DNA of 64,000 nt from Fibrobacteria bacterium (GTDB lineage Bacteria; Fibrobacterota; Fibrobacteria; UBA11236). The DNA is taken from NCBI GenBank assembly GCA_043745805.1, contig JAYTSD010000014.1, positions 61,364 through 125,363 of the forward strand. Reading direction: 5' to 3'. Made by a program: the position numbers and the translations under genes. Below the pieces are notes generated by a model. It was not told where the DNA came from and did no database searches. It saw only the letters and a list, made by a program, of their open reading frames with translations. Positions 46,987-57,555 of the stretch are shown in pieces (position 1 is the first letter of the stretch; each line of letters starts with the position of its first letter).

Positions 46987-48408
46987 TTAAACCATGCAGA
47001 TTTTTTCAACCGCAGACGCGACCTGTAACAATTCTTTTTCTTGGAAGGCCTTGCCAATAAGTTGTAAGCCTACAAAAAGTTTATCGCGCTTAGCCACTGG
47101 CTGCGAGGTTCCAGGTAATCCCGCTAAATTCACGGCGACCGTATAAATGTCTTGTAAATACATAGTCATGGGGTCGGAAAATACTTCGCCACGCTTGGGA
47201 GGAAGATTAGGTAAAGTGGGTGTGGCAATAACATCACAAGTCTTATAGGCTTCCATAAAATCATTAGTGATAACTCGACGAACTTTTTGAGCTTGCATAT
47301 AATAAGCATCGTATAAACCATGACTTAAAACATAGGTTCCCAATAAAATTCTTTTCTTCACTTCATTACCAAAAAATTCAGAGCGTGTTTTTGCATACAG
47401 TTCTAATAAATTTTTAGGATCCTTTGTGCGTGAAGTGTAACGTACACCATCATAGCGCGAAAGGTTAGCCGAGGCTTCGGCTGTCGCAATCACATAATAA
47501 GCAGCTATGCCATATTTTAAATTAGGTAAACTTATTTCGCGCAATATAGCGCCTTCTTTTTCCAACTTAGCCAAAGCTTGCTGAATACTTTCGCGTACTT
47601 CAGGCTGCAAACCTTCGCCGAAACATTCTTTGGGCAAACCGATAACTTTCCCTTTTATTCCACCTTGTAACCCAGCCATAAAGTCAGGAACATTTAAAGT
47701 AGAGGCGGTATTGTCTTTAATATCCCAACCGGAAATAATGTTTAATAAATAAGCAGAATCTTCCACGTTACGAGAAAAACAACCGATTTGATCTAAAGAA
47801 GAAGCATAAGCCACTAAACCATAGCGCGACACGCGACCATAAGTGGGTTTGATACCTACCAGTCCGCAACAAGCCGCAGGTTGCCGAATGGATCCACCGG
47901 TATCAGAACCTAAAGAAATATCTACCGTGCCCGAAGCCACGGCCACAGCCGAACCACCGGAAGAACCACCTGGAATAACCGAAGCGTCTAAAGGATTCAC
48001 TACTCCGCCAAAGGCCGAGGTTTCATTGGTAGAGCCCATAGCAAATTCATCTAAATTGGTTTTTCCCACAGGTATCGCATCGGCTAACAGTAACTTACTT
48101 GTTACAGTAGCGTCATAAGGGGAAATGAAGTTTTCTAAAATTTTGGAGGCGCAAGTGGTACGTGCGCCCGCAACCGTAATATTGTCTTTAATCGCAATGG
48201 GAATACCCGCTAAAGCGCCAAGTTTTTCACCTGCGGCTCTTTTTTTATCCACCGCGCGCGCGCGCTCCAAAGCGGACTCTCCTAAAACAGAGATATAAGC
48301 ATTTAGATTTTGCTGGGCTTCGATCCTGTCAAGAGAAGCTTTGACTAGAGCTTCGGCTTGAATTTCGCCTGCTTGAATTTTTCGAACCGTTTCAGCAACT
48401 GTGGCCAT
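46987..48408 (-). CDS. gatA: Asp/Glu-tRNA amidotransferase subunit A
   Basis: KDNI, GKTNLDEFAMGS, PGGSSGGSA, GSDTGGSIRQP, RYDGVRY, EVKKRILLG. Confidence 0.97.
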   Translation of the reverse strand: MATVAETVRKIQAGEIQAEALVKASLDRIEAQQNLNAYISVLGESALERARAVDKKRAAGEKLGALAGIPIAIKDNITVAGARTTCASKILENFISPYDATVTSKLLLADAIPVGKTNLDEFAMGSTNETSAFGGVVNPLDASVIPGGSSGGSAVAVASGTVDISLGSDTGGSIRQPAACCGLVGIKPTYGRVSRYGLVAYASSLDQIGCFSRNVEDSAYLLNIISGWDIKDNTASTLNVPDFMAGLQGGIKGKVIGLPKECFGEGLQPEVRESIQQALAKLEKEGAILREISLPNLKYGIAAYYVIATAEASANLSRYDGVRYTSRTKDPKNLLELYAKTRSEFFGNEVKKRILLGTYVLSHGLYDAYYMQAQKVRRVITNDFMEAYKTCDVIATPTLPNLPPKRGEVFSDPMTMYLQDIYTVAVNLAGLPGTSQPVAKRDKLFVGLQLIGKAFQEKELLQVASAVEKICMV

Positions 48409-48489
48409 GTCTTAAGGCTCCTAGAAAAGGCTAGAATATAGCCAAATGCGCTGGGGAAAGGAAGACGTGTTAGTGGTAATAGACTGAGT

Positions 48490-48807
48490 TTAGTTCTTAG
48501 ACCATTTCATCACATAGAGACTGGCAAACATGCCCAAGAAGCTGCAAACATTGAATTTAAAGCCAAGGCCTAAACGGATTTTCACCATGTATAAGTCAAT
48601 GAGCACGCCATTATCTTTTATTCCTACGCTAGGCTCAAAGGCAGTCACAAAGAAATTATGAATCACATTATTCATATCTCCGCCCGACAATACCCCAATT
48701 TGGCCCAATACTAACCCTAATACTTCTCCTAAAATGCCGCCTAAAATGAGTCCAGCCAAAATAAAAACCACTAATCTTACGGTTCCGGAATTATTTCCCA
48801 TACCCAT
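48490..48807 (-). CDS. DUF4321-like small membrane protein
   Basis: GLILGGILGEVLG...IDLYMVKIRLGLGFKFN..S.LG. Confidence 0.7.
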   Translation of the reverse strand: MGMGNNSGTVRLVVFILAGLILGGILGEVLGLVLGQIGVLSGGDMNNVIHNFFVTAFEPSVGIKDNGVLIDLYMVKIRLGLGFKFNVCSFLGMFASLYVMKWSKN

Positions 48808-48810
48808 CCC

Positions 48811-50004
48811 TTAAAAAATTTTTCTTTTCTTTTTTAACTCTTCCAAAACCATTTGGGCCTTCAATTTATCGTGACCGCGAGTAAAAATAATTTCTACTGC
48901 ATCACCGACTTGAAAGAGCTTGAAAATCTCTTGTATGTCCGAAAAGTTATAAATCTTCTTGCCCGCTACCGAGGTAATAATATCACCGGCTTGCAAGCCG
49001 GCCTTTTCGCCCGGAGACCCTTTGTCTAATCCCGTCACCACAATCCCCTCGGTTAAGGCATCACTTAAACTGGGATCGGTGTAAATACCCGTGGTAAACT
49101 CGCGAATATATCCGTATTTAATTAGTTCATCGACTACTTGCTTGGCCTTTTGAATAGGAATGGCAAAGCCTAAACCAATAGAACCTTGCGCTTGACCACC
49201 ACCCGTAAAAATAAAAGTATTAATACCTATCACTTCTCCTTCGGCATTCACTAATGCTCCACCCGAATTGCCCGGATTAATACTTGCATCCGTTTGAATC
49301 ATATTTTGATAATGAATGCCACTCGAATGACTAAAAGTACGGCCCACCGCACTAATCACGCCCACGGTTACTGTGGGCTTGGAGTCCCCAATCAAATAGC
49401 CATACGGGTTCCCAATCGCCATCGCCCATTCTCCAATTAAATTATCCGGTTTATCCTGAATTTGCGCCATGGGGAATTTATCTCCCGAAATTTTAATCAC
49501 GGCTAAATCATTGGCATAATCGGCTCCAATAATCTTTGCAGGGAAGTGGCGGCCATCGGCTAAAGTAACTTGTAATTGTTCAATTTTTCCGCCGTCTTCT
49601 GGGCTTCCAATTACATGTCCATTAGTAAGAATATAACCGTCTGCTGAAATCAAAACCCCTGATCCCATACTGCTAAATTCTTTTTTACGATAGCGCGGTC
49701 CAAAAAAATCAAAAAAGGGATCTTGATAAGGATTAGTTTGCACTAAGGCACTGCCTTTAACCGTTATGCTCACAACCGCAGGCGCGGCTTTTTCCACAGC
49801 CATCACAATGGCATTTCGTCTTCCATTTGAAATAACGTCGGAAGCCAAAGAGGCTAATTGAATGTCCGCCTTTTTTTCGGTGGATTTATCCGCAACAGAG
49901 GAGAAAATCCCCACCGCTGTACTTTCATGGTTTTTTATATAGCGCTGAAAGACAATTACAAAAACAGCACCGACAAGCACTAATAAAAGATTTTTACGTT
50001 GCAT
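48811..50004 (-). CDS. HtrA/DegP-like serine protease with one PDZ domain
   Basis: GSGV, LTNGHV, DLAVIK, QTDASINPGNSGG, PDZ GLQAGDII. Confidence 0.93.
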   Translation of the reverse strand: MQRKNLLLVLVGAVFVIVFQRYIKNHESTAVGIFSSVADKSTEKKADIQLASLASDVISNGRRNAIVMAVEKAAPAVVSITVKGSALVQTNPYQDPFFDFFGPRYRKKEFSSMGSGVLISADGYILTNGHVIGSPEDGGKIEQLQVTLADGRHFPAKIIGADYANDLAVIKISGDKFPMAQIQDKPDNLIGEWAMAIGNPYGYLIGDSKPTVTVGVISAVGRTFSHSSGIHYQNMIQTDASINPGNSGGALVNAEGEVIGINTFIFTGGGQAQGSIGLGFAIPIQKAKQVVDELIKYGYIREFTTGIYTDPSLSDALTEGIVVTGLDKGSPGEKAGLQAGDIITSVAGKKIYNFSDIQEIFKLFQVGDAVEIIFTRGHDKLKAQMVLEELKKKRKIF

Positions 50005-50006
50005 TT

Positions 50007-50747
50007 TTAATACTCATAATTTGGATAAATCACTTTTTCTAAACATAAACCATTGGGAGGCGCCCAAGTCCATTCACCTGTGAAACGATTCTCTAAAATA
50101 GCCGTAATTAAACCCGCTTCATGATGCCCACGTCCTACATCATAACAGGCACCGACTATGGCTCGTACCATTTTATGTAAAAAACGATTGGCTTGAATAT
50201 GTACTATCACCATTTGATTCTCACATTCAATACTGGCTTTTTCAATTAAACATTCCGTAGATTTACCATCTTTTCGATCTACCGAAAAATTTACAAAATC
50301 ATGTAGCCCCAAAACACTAGACAATTCTGCCGAAATTTTTTCAAGGTTTAGGGGATAACTTATTCCCCAAGTAATATTTTTATAAATAGGCGAAGGCGTA
50401 AGCATTATGAAATAGCGGTAATACCGCGAAGTCGCATCATAACGCGCATGAAAATTTTCGGCGCAGGATTGTAAACCACGAATCCAAACATTATCGGAAG
50501 TTAATGCATTTACCGATCGCATTACCTTCTGCGTATTTAATTCTTCCGCACAATCAAAATGTGCTATTTGTCCTCGAGCATGCACGCCTGCATCGGTACG
50601 ACCAGAACCCACTATATCGATGGGACGGCGTAAACAAATACTTAAAGCCTTTTCCAATTCGGCTTCCACGGTATGCGCATTAGGTTGTATTTGCCAACCT
50701 GCAAAGGCCGTTCCTAAATATTCAACGACAAAACAATATCTCGGCAT
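50007..50747 (-). CDS. truA: tRNA pseudouridine(38-40) synthase
   Basis: EYLGTAFAGWQ, GSGRTDAGVHARGQ, FHAR, FLHKMVR, APPNGL. Confidence 0.96.
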   Translation of the reverse strand: MPRYCFVVEYLGTAFAGWQIQPNAHTVEAELEKALSICLRRPIDIVGSGRTDAGVHARGQIAHFDCAEELNTQKVMRSVNALTSDNVWIRGLQSCAENFHARYDATSRYYRYFIMLTPSPIYKNITWGISYPLNLEKISAELSSVLGLHDFVNFSVDRKDGKSTECLIEKASIECENQMVIVHIQANRFLHKMVRAIVGACYDVGRGHHEAGLITAILENRFTGEWTWAPPNGLCLEKVIYPNYEY

Positions 50748-50807
50748 TAATAAAAAGTAATTATGTAAAAAGAGTTATGGTCGATCTTATTGCTGATTGC
50801 AAAAAAG

Positions 50808-52871
50808 TTACCCAAATAAATCCAGCATACTTTGTGATGGCGCGGATGCATTGGAGCTGTTTCCGATAATGTTTGGTAAAGCTTTGGTGTTTTCAATTTT
50901 TCCGTATTGCCAGGATTGAATGCGAAAATCCAAAGGCGCTAAAGCCTTTTCTAATTCCGGTAAAAAAACTTGTAATAGATCACGCACATCATGAAATTGA
51001 TTTTTAAAAGAAAGCGTATATCCTTTTTCATGTTCCTGTAAATGTACAGAGACTAAACCCATATTGGGAGTTTCGGTTTCCACTTGAAATTGCTCAGGCT
51101 TTTTTTGTCGCTGATTTTTTTTTGAAGACTCCGCTTCACTCTTTTCTTTATTTTTTTCTCTCTCAATTTGAAAAGGATGTAGCATAGGGTTTTGCCAAAA
51201 ATAAAGCGTCTGCGTCCCTGTTTGGTTTTCTTCTTTAGGAAATAAAGTTATGGCAGCTTGCAATAAAAATTTTTGTTCAGGATTTATGGGTCCATCCACT
51301 TTGTTTAAAGACTCCCGCAAAATTTGCGGCAAATCCGCTAAGGCTAATTGAGAGGGTATTTTTTCCCATACAGCTTGAGGAATAGCCAAAGCCTTTACCA
51401 CTGTAGATAAAAGTACCGAAGGCGCTTCGTGTTTATGCAAAGGCAAACCCTTATGCACCACAACTTGTTCAGTCTCCGGCAAAAAGGGTTTCACTAAATT
51501 AATGGCTTCCTCGGGTTGTTGATTCATTTTCCCCCATTGCAAAGCCTGTTGTTTGGATTCTATTTCCTCGCGCGGAAAAGCCACCAATATTTTTAATAAG
51601 CCATCCAATTCTTTAGGAGAGGGTAACGGAATTTTGTTAGGATTTTCTAGAATAGTACTTTGTTGTAGTAATTTCGAAAAATCGATTAATAGTTTGTTGA
51701 AATAAGGTTCCGCTTTATAGTCCTGTAAATGATCATAAGCCACTTGCAGAGCAGGAGTATAAGTAATATGCTCCTCATGCATCATGGCTTTCAAAGCTAC
51801 AGGTATAGCCGATTCCAAAGGTTCAAAATTGGCCACCCATTGATTTTCACTTTGCATAAGATGAAAATATGCAAACTCACCGGATGCCTTTACTTGTGAG
51901 GTCACCGTAGCTATTTGCGCTCCTCCTAAATCGATTTTATAGCGATAAAGTAAGTTTTGTAATAAAGGATCTGCCGGTACATTATTCCCGCGCCAAGCGG
52001 CTTGCTTCAAGGGCTCAGGTAATATTTGTGAGGCTAAAGATTCTCGCTCTATGATTTTTCCAAACCATATTTTTGTTTCCTCCATTTTACCTTGTGGCTT
52101 ATACAGTTCCCCTAACTTTGGCGCAATAGTATTTTCAGTACTCGCCGCGGACACTTCAGATATTTTTAAACCCTGTAAATTAAAGTCATGGGTATTAGCC
52201 ATTAGCAAAGCATCATCACCTTTAACTTTTTTTATCCATGCCCATAGTGATTGTTTCAAAGTGGGATCGATATCCACCGTTGTCAAATTGCGCCATAGTG
52301 CATGAAAAAGTTCTTGCTTCACTTGTCCAAGCGGTAACAATATTTTTTCTAAAAAATCACTGCCGCTAGACTGCGCAAGGGTTTGTTGAATTAATGAGGA
52401 TAATGAAATTTGATCTAATTTCGCCAAACCATTGCGACTTAATAATTGCGTATTGCTTTCATTGTTGCTTTCATCAGCCTTATTCATTGAGGCTTTTACC
52501 AAATTTTCGATTAACACATTTCGCAAGTTTTGCAATTGTTCAAGATCAGCGTTCAAATCAATGGGTAAGGAAGATGTTAACTCAAGAGAGGAAATCATTA
52601 CCTTTTCTAAAGTTAGGCCAGTACCGGCAAATTGCAAACGAATAGCATCCCCTTTTTGAAAATCGCCTTCGGCTTGTACTTGTATTCGTCCTTGCGGAAC
52701 TTGCAGAGTTAAAATCTGTTTGCCCTCTTGCACCTGAACAGCCACCACTTTACCATTAAGCACTTTTTCCGCATCGGATTCATTGCCTAAGCTTGCCGCC
52801 GTAACAATATCCTCTAAGCTCAGGGATGAGGATTTTACTATTACAGATGAGACAATAGGATTTGCTTCCAA
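50808..52871 (-). CDS. FliK-like (flagellar hook-length control C-terminal domain) protein
   Basis: N-terminal GKVV..LQVPQGRIQV..GDAIRL beta domain; long Q/L/E-rich middle; C-terminal ETPNMGLVSVHL..F..LPELEKAL..LDLFG. Confidence 0.55.
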   Translation of the reverse strand: MEANPIVSSVIVKSSSLSLEDIVTAASLGNESDAEKVLNGKVVAVQVQEGKQILTLQVPQGRIQVQAEGDFQKGDAIRLQFAGTGLTLEKVMISSLELTSSLPIDLNADLEQLQNLRNVLIENLVKASMNKADESNNESNTQLLSRNGLAKLDQISLSSLIQQTLAQSSGSDFLEKILLPLGQVKQELFHALWRNLTTVDIDPTLKQSLWAWIKKVKGDDALLMANTHDFNLQGLKISEVSAASTENTIAPKLGELYKPQGKMEETKIWFGKIIERESLASQILPEPLKQAAWRGNNVPADPLLQNLLYRYKIDLGGAQIATVTSQVKASGEFAYFHLMQSENQWVANFEPLESAIPVALKAMMHEEHITYTPALQVAYDHLQDYKAEPYFNKLLIDFSKLLQQSTILENPNKIPLPSPKELDGLLKILVAFPREEIESKQQALQWGKMNQQPEEAINLVKPFLPETEQVVVHKGLPLHKHEAPSVLLSTVVKALAIPQAVWEKIPSQLALADLPQILRESLNKVDGPINPEQKFLLQAAITLFPKEENQTGTQTLYFWQNPMLHPFQIEREKNKEKSEAESSKKNQRQKKPEQFQVETETPNMGLVSVHLQEHEKGYTLSFKNQFHDVRDLLQVFLPELEKALAPLDFRIQSWQYGKIENTKALPNIIGNSSNASAPSQSMLDLFG

Positions 52872-52946
52872 ATTAATCCTCGAGGTTTTCTCGATTATAG
52901 CTTAGTCAGGAATGAAGGCGCTAGGGCGCTAAATAAAATGGCTTAA

Positions 52947-53744
52947 TTAACCTTTTTCGCGTCGGAGCCGAATCAGCATTTCTACTTGATCTTGGCTCAT
53001 ACGCAAACGACGAGAGATTTCCGAAGACGTTAAACCACGTCGGGCCAATTTATAAACTTCCGCTTTTTTTTCATCCTCATCCGCATATTCTTGCGCCTTA
53101 GCTTCCAAGTCCGAGGCGTCCAATTCTATCGGCAAAGCCTCTTGCAGACTTGAGGCTAAATCGGCATCGTCTTCGGTAAAAGCCAAATTTATAGGACTAC
53201 GTACACGTTGTGGCTCAGATTTTTGGCTTAATTCAGTCATGGGACTAAAATAGCGGGTATCTTCATCTTTTGCTATGAGCACAGTAGAATGAATACTTGT
53301 GGACGAAACATTCTCGGTAGAAATTTCCTGTGTAACATTTTTGTTACCTGCCCAACGGATTAATATAAAAGTAAAACATAAAGTTACCATCGCCTGAGCC
53401 ATAACTAACCAAAGCCACAACCCTTTTACCCATGAAAAAAAGCCACTTAAACTAATGACTTCTTGAGTCTTAGAAAGCGTTGCAATTTCTATTCGCAATT
53501 CACGATAAACTTGCCAAAGTCGAGATTGCTGCGCCTTTAAGGAATCGGAGGCTTCCGCACGAATTTGCAAATCCAACTCTTGCATTTTGTCTTGATAAGC
53601 ATGCATATGCGATAGAGACTCATTAAACTCGCTATCGGCATGCCAGTATATTGGGGTTCGCAAAGGAGATAGATAAAGACCTATTCCTAGCATTCCACAA
53701 AAAACTAGGGCAATTAATGCACCCAAAATTGCAGGTCTAAACAT
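52947..53744 (-). CDS. Membrane-anchored protein with C-terminal DUF6115/DUF2802-like HTH
   Basis: Two TM segments; VYKLARRGLTSSEISRRLRMSQDQVEMLIRL. Confidence 0.6.
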   Translation of the reverse strand: MFRPAILGALIALVFCGMLGIGLYLSPLRTPIYWHADSEFNESLSHMHAYQDKMQELDLQIRAEASDSLKAQQSRLWQVYRELRIEIATLSKTQEVISLSGFFSWVKGLWLWLVMAQAMVTLCFTFILIRWAGNKNVTQEISTENVSSTSIHSTVLIAKDEDTRYFSPMTELSQKSEPQRVRSPINLAFTEDDADLASSLQEALPIELDASDLEAKAQEYADEDEKKAEVYKLARRGLTSSEISRRLRMSQDQVEMLIRLRREKG

Positions 53745-53899
53745 ACTCCGTACTCATTCCTATCTTGAGATTTCCAAAAATACAAAACTCCCCTAGGCTT
53801 ACGGCTTTTTTATTTCAGATCGATCCCATTGTACCTTATGTCATTCGCCTTTTCATGTGCGAACAAATATTGTAGACTTCTACTGACTAGGAAAATTAT

Positions 53900-54517
53900 A
53901 TGGCTAAACTTATTGCGCGTTATCAAAATCAAACCTTAGGGGAATTTCCTCTCAAGGCAGGCATTAATACTATCGGACGATTACCCGATTGCCCTATTTG
54001 CATTGAGAATTTAGGGGTATCGCGGCAACATGCTTATATTCTCGGCGACAAAAAAGAAGAGCTTTTTGTTTTAGAAGATTTAAAAAGCCTTAATGGAACC
54101 TATGTCAATAAAAAACGCGTAAAGAAATTTTTGTTAAAGCCCAATGATGTAATCACTATTGGTCAGCATACTTTGGAATTTCTTCCCGAAAATCTACCCA
54201 CACTTTCTCAATCTACTGCTCCAACTGGCGAAGAACCTTATTTGCTCATTTTAGAAACCAATCAAAAAATCCCGCTGATCAAAGACATTCTGTATTTTGG
54301 AAATAGCAGCCATGATGATATTCATGTTCCTGGTTTAATGGTAGGTAAAAATTTTGCCAGCTTAAATCGCAAAGGGGAAAGTTGGGTATTACAAGTTTTG
54401 GTAAAACGCTTCGCTTTATTTAAAGTGAATGGTGAAGATACCCAATCCGCAAAACTTAATTCCGGCGATGAATTAGAAGTTGCGGGAGTGCAATTTAAAT
54501 TTTTTATGAATGCTTAA
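53900..54517 (+). CDS. FHA-domain protein (one intact and one degenerate FHA)
   Basis: TIGRLPDC..GVSRQHA..DLKSLNGTYVN; second repeat FGNSSHDDI...VNG...LNSGDEL. Confidence 0.85.
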   Translation: MAKLIARYQNQTLGEFPLKAGINTIGRLPDCPICIENLGVSRQHAYILGDKKEELFVLEDLKSLNGTYVNKKRVKKFLLKPNDVITIGQHTLEFLPENLPTLSQSTAPTGEEPYLLILETNQKIPLIKDILYFGNSSHDDIHVPGLMVGKNFASLNRKGESWVLQVLVKRFALFKVNGEDTQSAKLNSGDELEVAGVQFKFFMNA

Positions 54518-55010
54518 TCTTTTTTTGGGCTGTGGTGCAAGCAAAAGCTTGCACACCTTGGCCTTTACCAAAAGCCGTTAATTTTTCGCCGCTGGTTGCG
54601 GTAATCCCAATATCTGCTTCCTCAAGACCTGTAACCTTGCCAATACTCCAACGCATTTTTTCTAGTATGGGCAGTATTTTCGGCCGCGCGCATTCTAGGC
54701 TAATAGAGATATGGCTGAGCTGATAACCCATTTCGGTTAAATCCTCCAAAGCCTTGCCCAAATAAATGGCGCTATCGGTAAATCCTTTTTTGCATAATTT
54801 ATCGGCCACCGGCCCCAAAATTGGTTTGCCCGTAATTCCCGAAATGGCATTGGTGATGGCATGTAAAACCACATCACTATCACTATTACCTTCGAGAGCA
54901 AAAGGTTCTTTAAGGGTTAATCCGCCGAGCACCAGCGCTTTACGCTTTTTGGCTTTAGGTGCATACTCCACCACACGATGACTGTCTTGGCCTATACCTA
55001 CTTTAATCAT
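54504..55010 (-). CDS. ispF: 2-C-methyl-D-erythritol 2,4-cyclodiphosphate synthase
   Basis: GIGQDSHR, NSDSDVVLHA, RPKI, ITATSGEKL..FGKGQG; follows ispD. Confidence 0.9.
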   Translation of the reverse strand: MIKVGIGQDSHRVVEYAPKAKKRKALVLGGLTLKEPFALEGNSDSDVVLHAITNAISGITGKPILGPVADKLCKKGFTDSAIYLGKALEDLTEMGYQLSHISISLECARPKILPILEKMRWSIGKVTGLEEADIGITATSGEKLTAFGKGQGVQAFACTTAQKKIKHS

Positions 55011-55017
55011 TTTAATC

Positions 55018-55704
55018 TCATTTCCAAGTAGAACCTATCCACCGTGCCCATAACAAATCTTCTTCCGTAGTGATTTTTCTAAGCAATAAATCACCCTCTA
55101 CCCATACCACTGGAAAGCCCTGTGCTTCCACCAATTGCGCTTCATCGGTGGGTAACAATTCCTCTAAGGCATTGGCATACACTTGTTCTAAAACGGAGCG
55201 AGGAAATACTTGTGGCGTTTGCACATTAACCAAGGAGGCTCGCGGCAAAGTTTTAATAATCCGCTCTCCACGAATTTCTTTCATCGTGTCCACGGCGGGC
55301 AATGCCGCAATTACACTATGAACACCATCACATCTGCCGATACAACGACGCACCACGGCTTCGGACAAAAAGGGACGTGCCACATCATGAATCAAAATTG
55401 TGCGGCAATTAGGACTTAGGGCCTCCACCCCATTACGCACAGACTCCCAACGCTGTGCACCGCCCGGAATAGCCACCGCTTTAGGCCATGGCTTAAGCGC
55501 TTCCGTCATCATGCTAATGTCTAAGGCGGGCAATGGAATTATAATTTCCGTTACCTCTTCCAGACTATGCAAAATTTCCAAGGCATAGCGCCAAACAGGG
55601 TAACCTACTTGTAACTCTTGATATTGCTTAGGCGTTTCGCCACCCGCACGCAGACCTTTGCCTCCAGCGGGAAGAACCACTCCAATATTTTCTTTTGTCG
55701 ACAT
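55018..55704 (-). CDS. ispD: 2-C-methyl-D-erythritol 4-phosphate cytidylyltransferase
   Basis: PAGGKGLR..PKQY, IHDVARP, QTPQVF, TDE, KITT. Confidence 0.93.
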   Translation of the reverse strand: MSTKENIGVVLPAGGKGLRAGGETPKQYQELQVGYPVWRYALEILHSLEEVTEIIIPLPALDISMMTEALKPWPKAVAIPGGAQRWESVRNGVEALSPNCRTILIHDVARPFLSEAVVRRCIGRCDGVHSVIAALPAVDTMKEIRGERIIKTLPRASLVNVQTPQVFPRSVLEQVYANALEELLPTDEAQLVEAQGFPVVWVEGDLLLRKITTEEDLLWARWIGSTWK

Positions 55705-55719
55705 TAATTTCTTGTCGAT

Positions 55720-56961
55720 TTAAATTTTAACCGGTGATTTTTTACCCAATAATAAAGACCGCATTTTCATCGATAAACCAAGACATTTGATAAAGCCTTT
55801 GGCGTCTTGTTGATTATAGGTATCGACATCCGAAAAGCCACCTAATCCTGGATCATAAAGCGAAAAGGGGCTTTCCATTCCAGCAAGGAAAATATTGCCT
55901 TTATACAATTTAAGCTTTACTGTGCCAGTTACCACTTGTTGAGTTTCATTTACAAAAGAGTCCAAGCTTTGGCGTAAAGGAGCAAACCATAAACCATCAT
56001 ATACTAATTGAGCATATTTTTGCGCAATGGTTTGTTTATATAACATGGTATCACGATCGAGCACTAATTGTTCTAAGCATTCATGCGCTTTATACAAAAG
56101 TGAACCGCCTGGTGTTTCATATACACCACGTGACTTCATGCCTACTAAACGATTTTCTACAATGTCTACTAATCCACATCCATGCAGGCCACCAATTTCA
56201 TTCAGCGCTTCGAGCAAAGCGATAGGGCCAAGTTTTTTGCCATTCAAGCCTACCGGAATACCTTTATGAAATTCAATCGTGACGTAGCCAGGGGTATTCG
56301 GTGCTTTTTGGGGATGTGTCGTCCATTTAAGCATATCAAAATTATGCTCATTCTCAGGATACTCCAGCAAACCGCCTTCATGCGATAAATGCCAAAGATT
56401 ACCATCTTCGGAATAAATTTTCTTTTTGGTTACCGTAAGCGGAATGTTACGGGCTTCGGCATACTCAATGGCATCTTCGCGCGAACGAATAGTCCATTTA
56501 GGATCTTTCCAAGGAGCAATAATTTCCAGCTTGGGATTCATCGCCATATAGGTTAATTCGAAACGTACTTGATCATTACCTTTACCCGTAGCTCCATGAG
56601 ATACGGCATAAGCGCCTTCTTTTTCGGCAATTAAAACTTGATGTTTAGCAATGAGTGGGCGACCCATAGAAGTCCCGAGTAAGTAACTTCCCTCATATTT
56701 GGCGCCGGCTTTTAGCGTAGGCCAAACATATTCTTCAATAAATTCTTTGCGTAAATCCAACACATAACACTTAGACGCGCCTGTTTTCGCCGCCTTTTCT
56801 TTTAGAGGATCGACTTCAATTTTGCCTTGGCCAATATCGGCTGCGAAAGCAATTACTTCCACATCATAGTTTTCAATCAACCAAGGGATGATAACGGAAG
56901 TATCCAAACCGCCTGAATAGGCCAGAACCACTTTTTTCTTTTTCGCTTTTTTCGCTGCCAT
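55720..56961 (-). CDS. argG: Argininosuccinate synthase
   Basis: [40 protein letters not shown]. Confidence 0.98.
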   Translation of the reverse strand: MAAKKAKKKKVVLAYSGGLDTSVIIPWLIENYDVEVIAFAADIGQGKIEVDPLKEKAAKTGASKCYVLDLRKEFIEEYVWPTLKAGAKYEGSYLLGTSMGRPLIAKHQVLIAEKEGAYAVSHGATGKGNDQVRFELTYMAMNPKLEIIAPWKDPKWTIRSREDAIEYAEARNIPLTVTKKKIYSEDGNLWHLSHEGGLLEYPENEHNFDMLKWTTHPQKAPNTPGYVTIEFHKGIPVGLNGKKLGPIALLEALNEIGGLHGCGLVDIVENRLVGMKSRGVYETPGGSLLYKAHECLEQLVLDRDTMLYKQTIAQKYAQLVYDGLWFAPLRQSLDSFVNETQQVVTGTVKLKLYKGNIFLAGMESPFSLYDPGLGGFSDVDTYNQQDAKGFIKCLGLSMKMRSLLLGKKSPVKI

Positions 56962-57104
56962 GATTTCCTCTAGAATAATTACTACAAATGGAGTTTTCTA
57001 ATGCAGGAAAAAGGTAGAAAAAATGCCCGAAGTATATTAAGGCAAATAAGCAACAAACAGAAACCTAACGGTTAAACTGCTTATTTTTATCCGGCTAAGG
57101 AATA

Positions 57105-57542
57105 TTATTTATCGCTAGATGAAGATGCATTTATATCCTTAGCATCTTTGTCTAAGGCGGCCATAAGCTTTTCATTGGTAATACGTAAACGACTCACTAA
57201 AGTTTTAATATAGCTTACTACCCAAGGCGGAAGTTTATCCATTTGCGTATCGAATACTTCATCGGTTATTACCAATACTTCCGTATCTTCAATCGCCTTT
57301 ACGGAGGCCTCACGGCGGCTTTCGCCAAACATTCCCATTTCCCCGAAAACGCTTCCTGGACCTAATTTGGCTATTTCAATAGGTACATAGCCACGCAAAG
57401 AAAATTTGTTTTTAGTAATCGAAACTTGGCCCCGCGTAATACTAAAAATGCCATTGCTCTCATCGCCTTCTTTAAAGATGATGTCGCCAGCATGGTATAA
57501 ACAAGTAATGGTTTTAAAGTCTTTTGCCATAATAAAATCCAA
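57105..57542 (-). CDS. Stand-alone cyclic-nucleotide-binding domain protein
   Basis: IFKEGD, GQVSI, GSVFGEMG...RREASV, C-helix SRLRITN; no HTH. Confidence 0.88.
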   Translation of the reverse strand: MDFIMAKDFKTITCLYHAGDIIFKEGDESNGIFSITRGQVSITKNKFSLRGYVPIEIAKLGPGSVFGEMGMFGESRREASVKAIEDTEVLVITDEVFDTQMDKLPPWVVSYIKTLVSRLRITNEKLMAALDKDAKDINASSSSDK

Positions 57543-57555
57543 GGACGGTTCGATT

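Noticed and set aside
46977-47057. Long N-terminal extension of the NlpC/P60 ORF
   Set aside because: Overlaps gatA; the ATG at 46976 gives a signal-peptide-like start.
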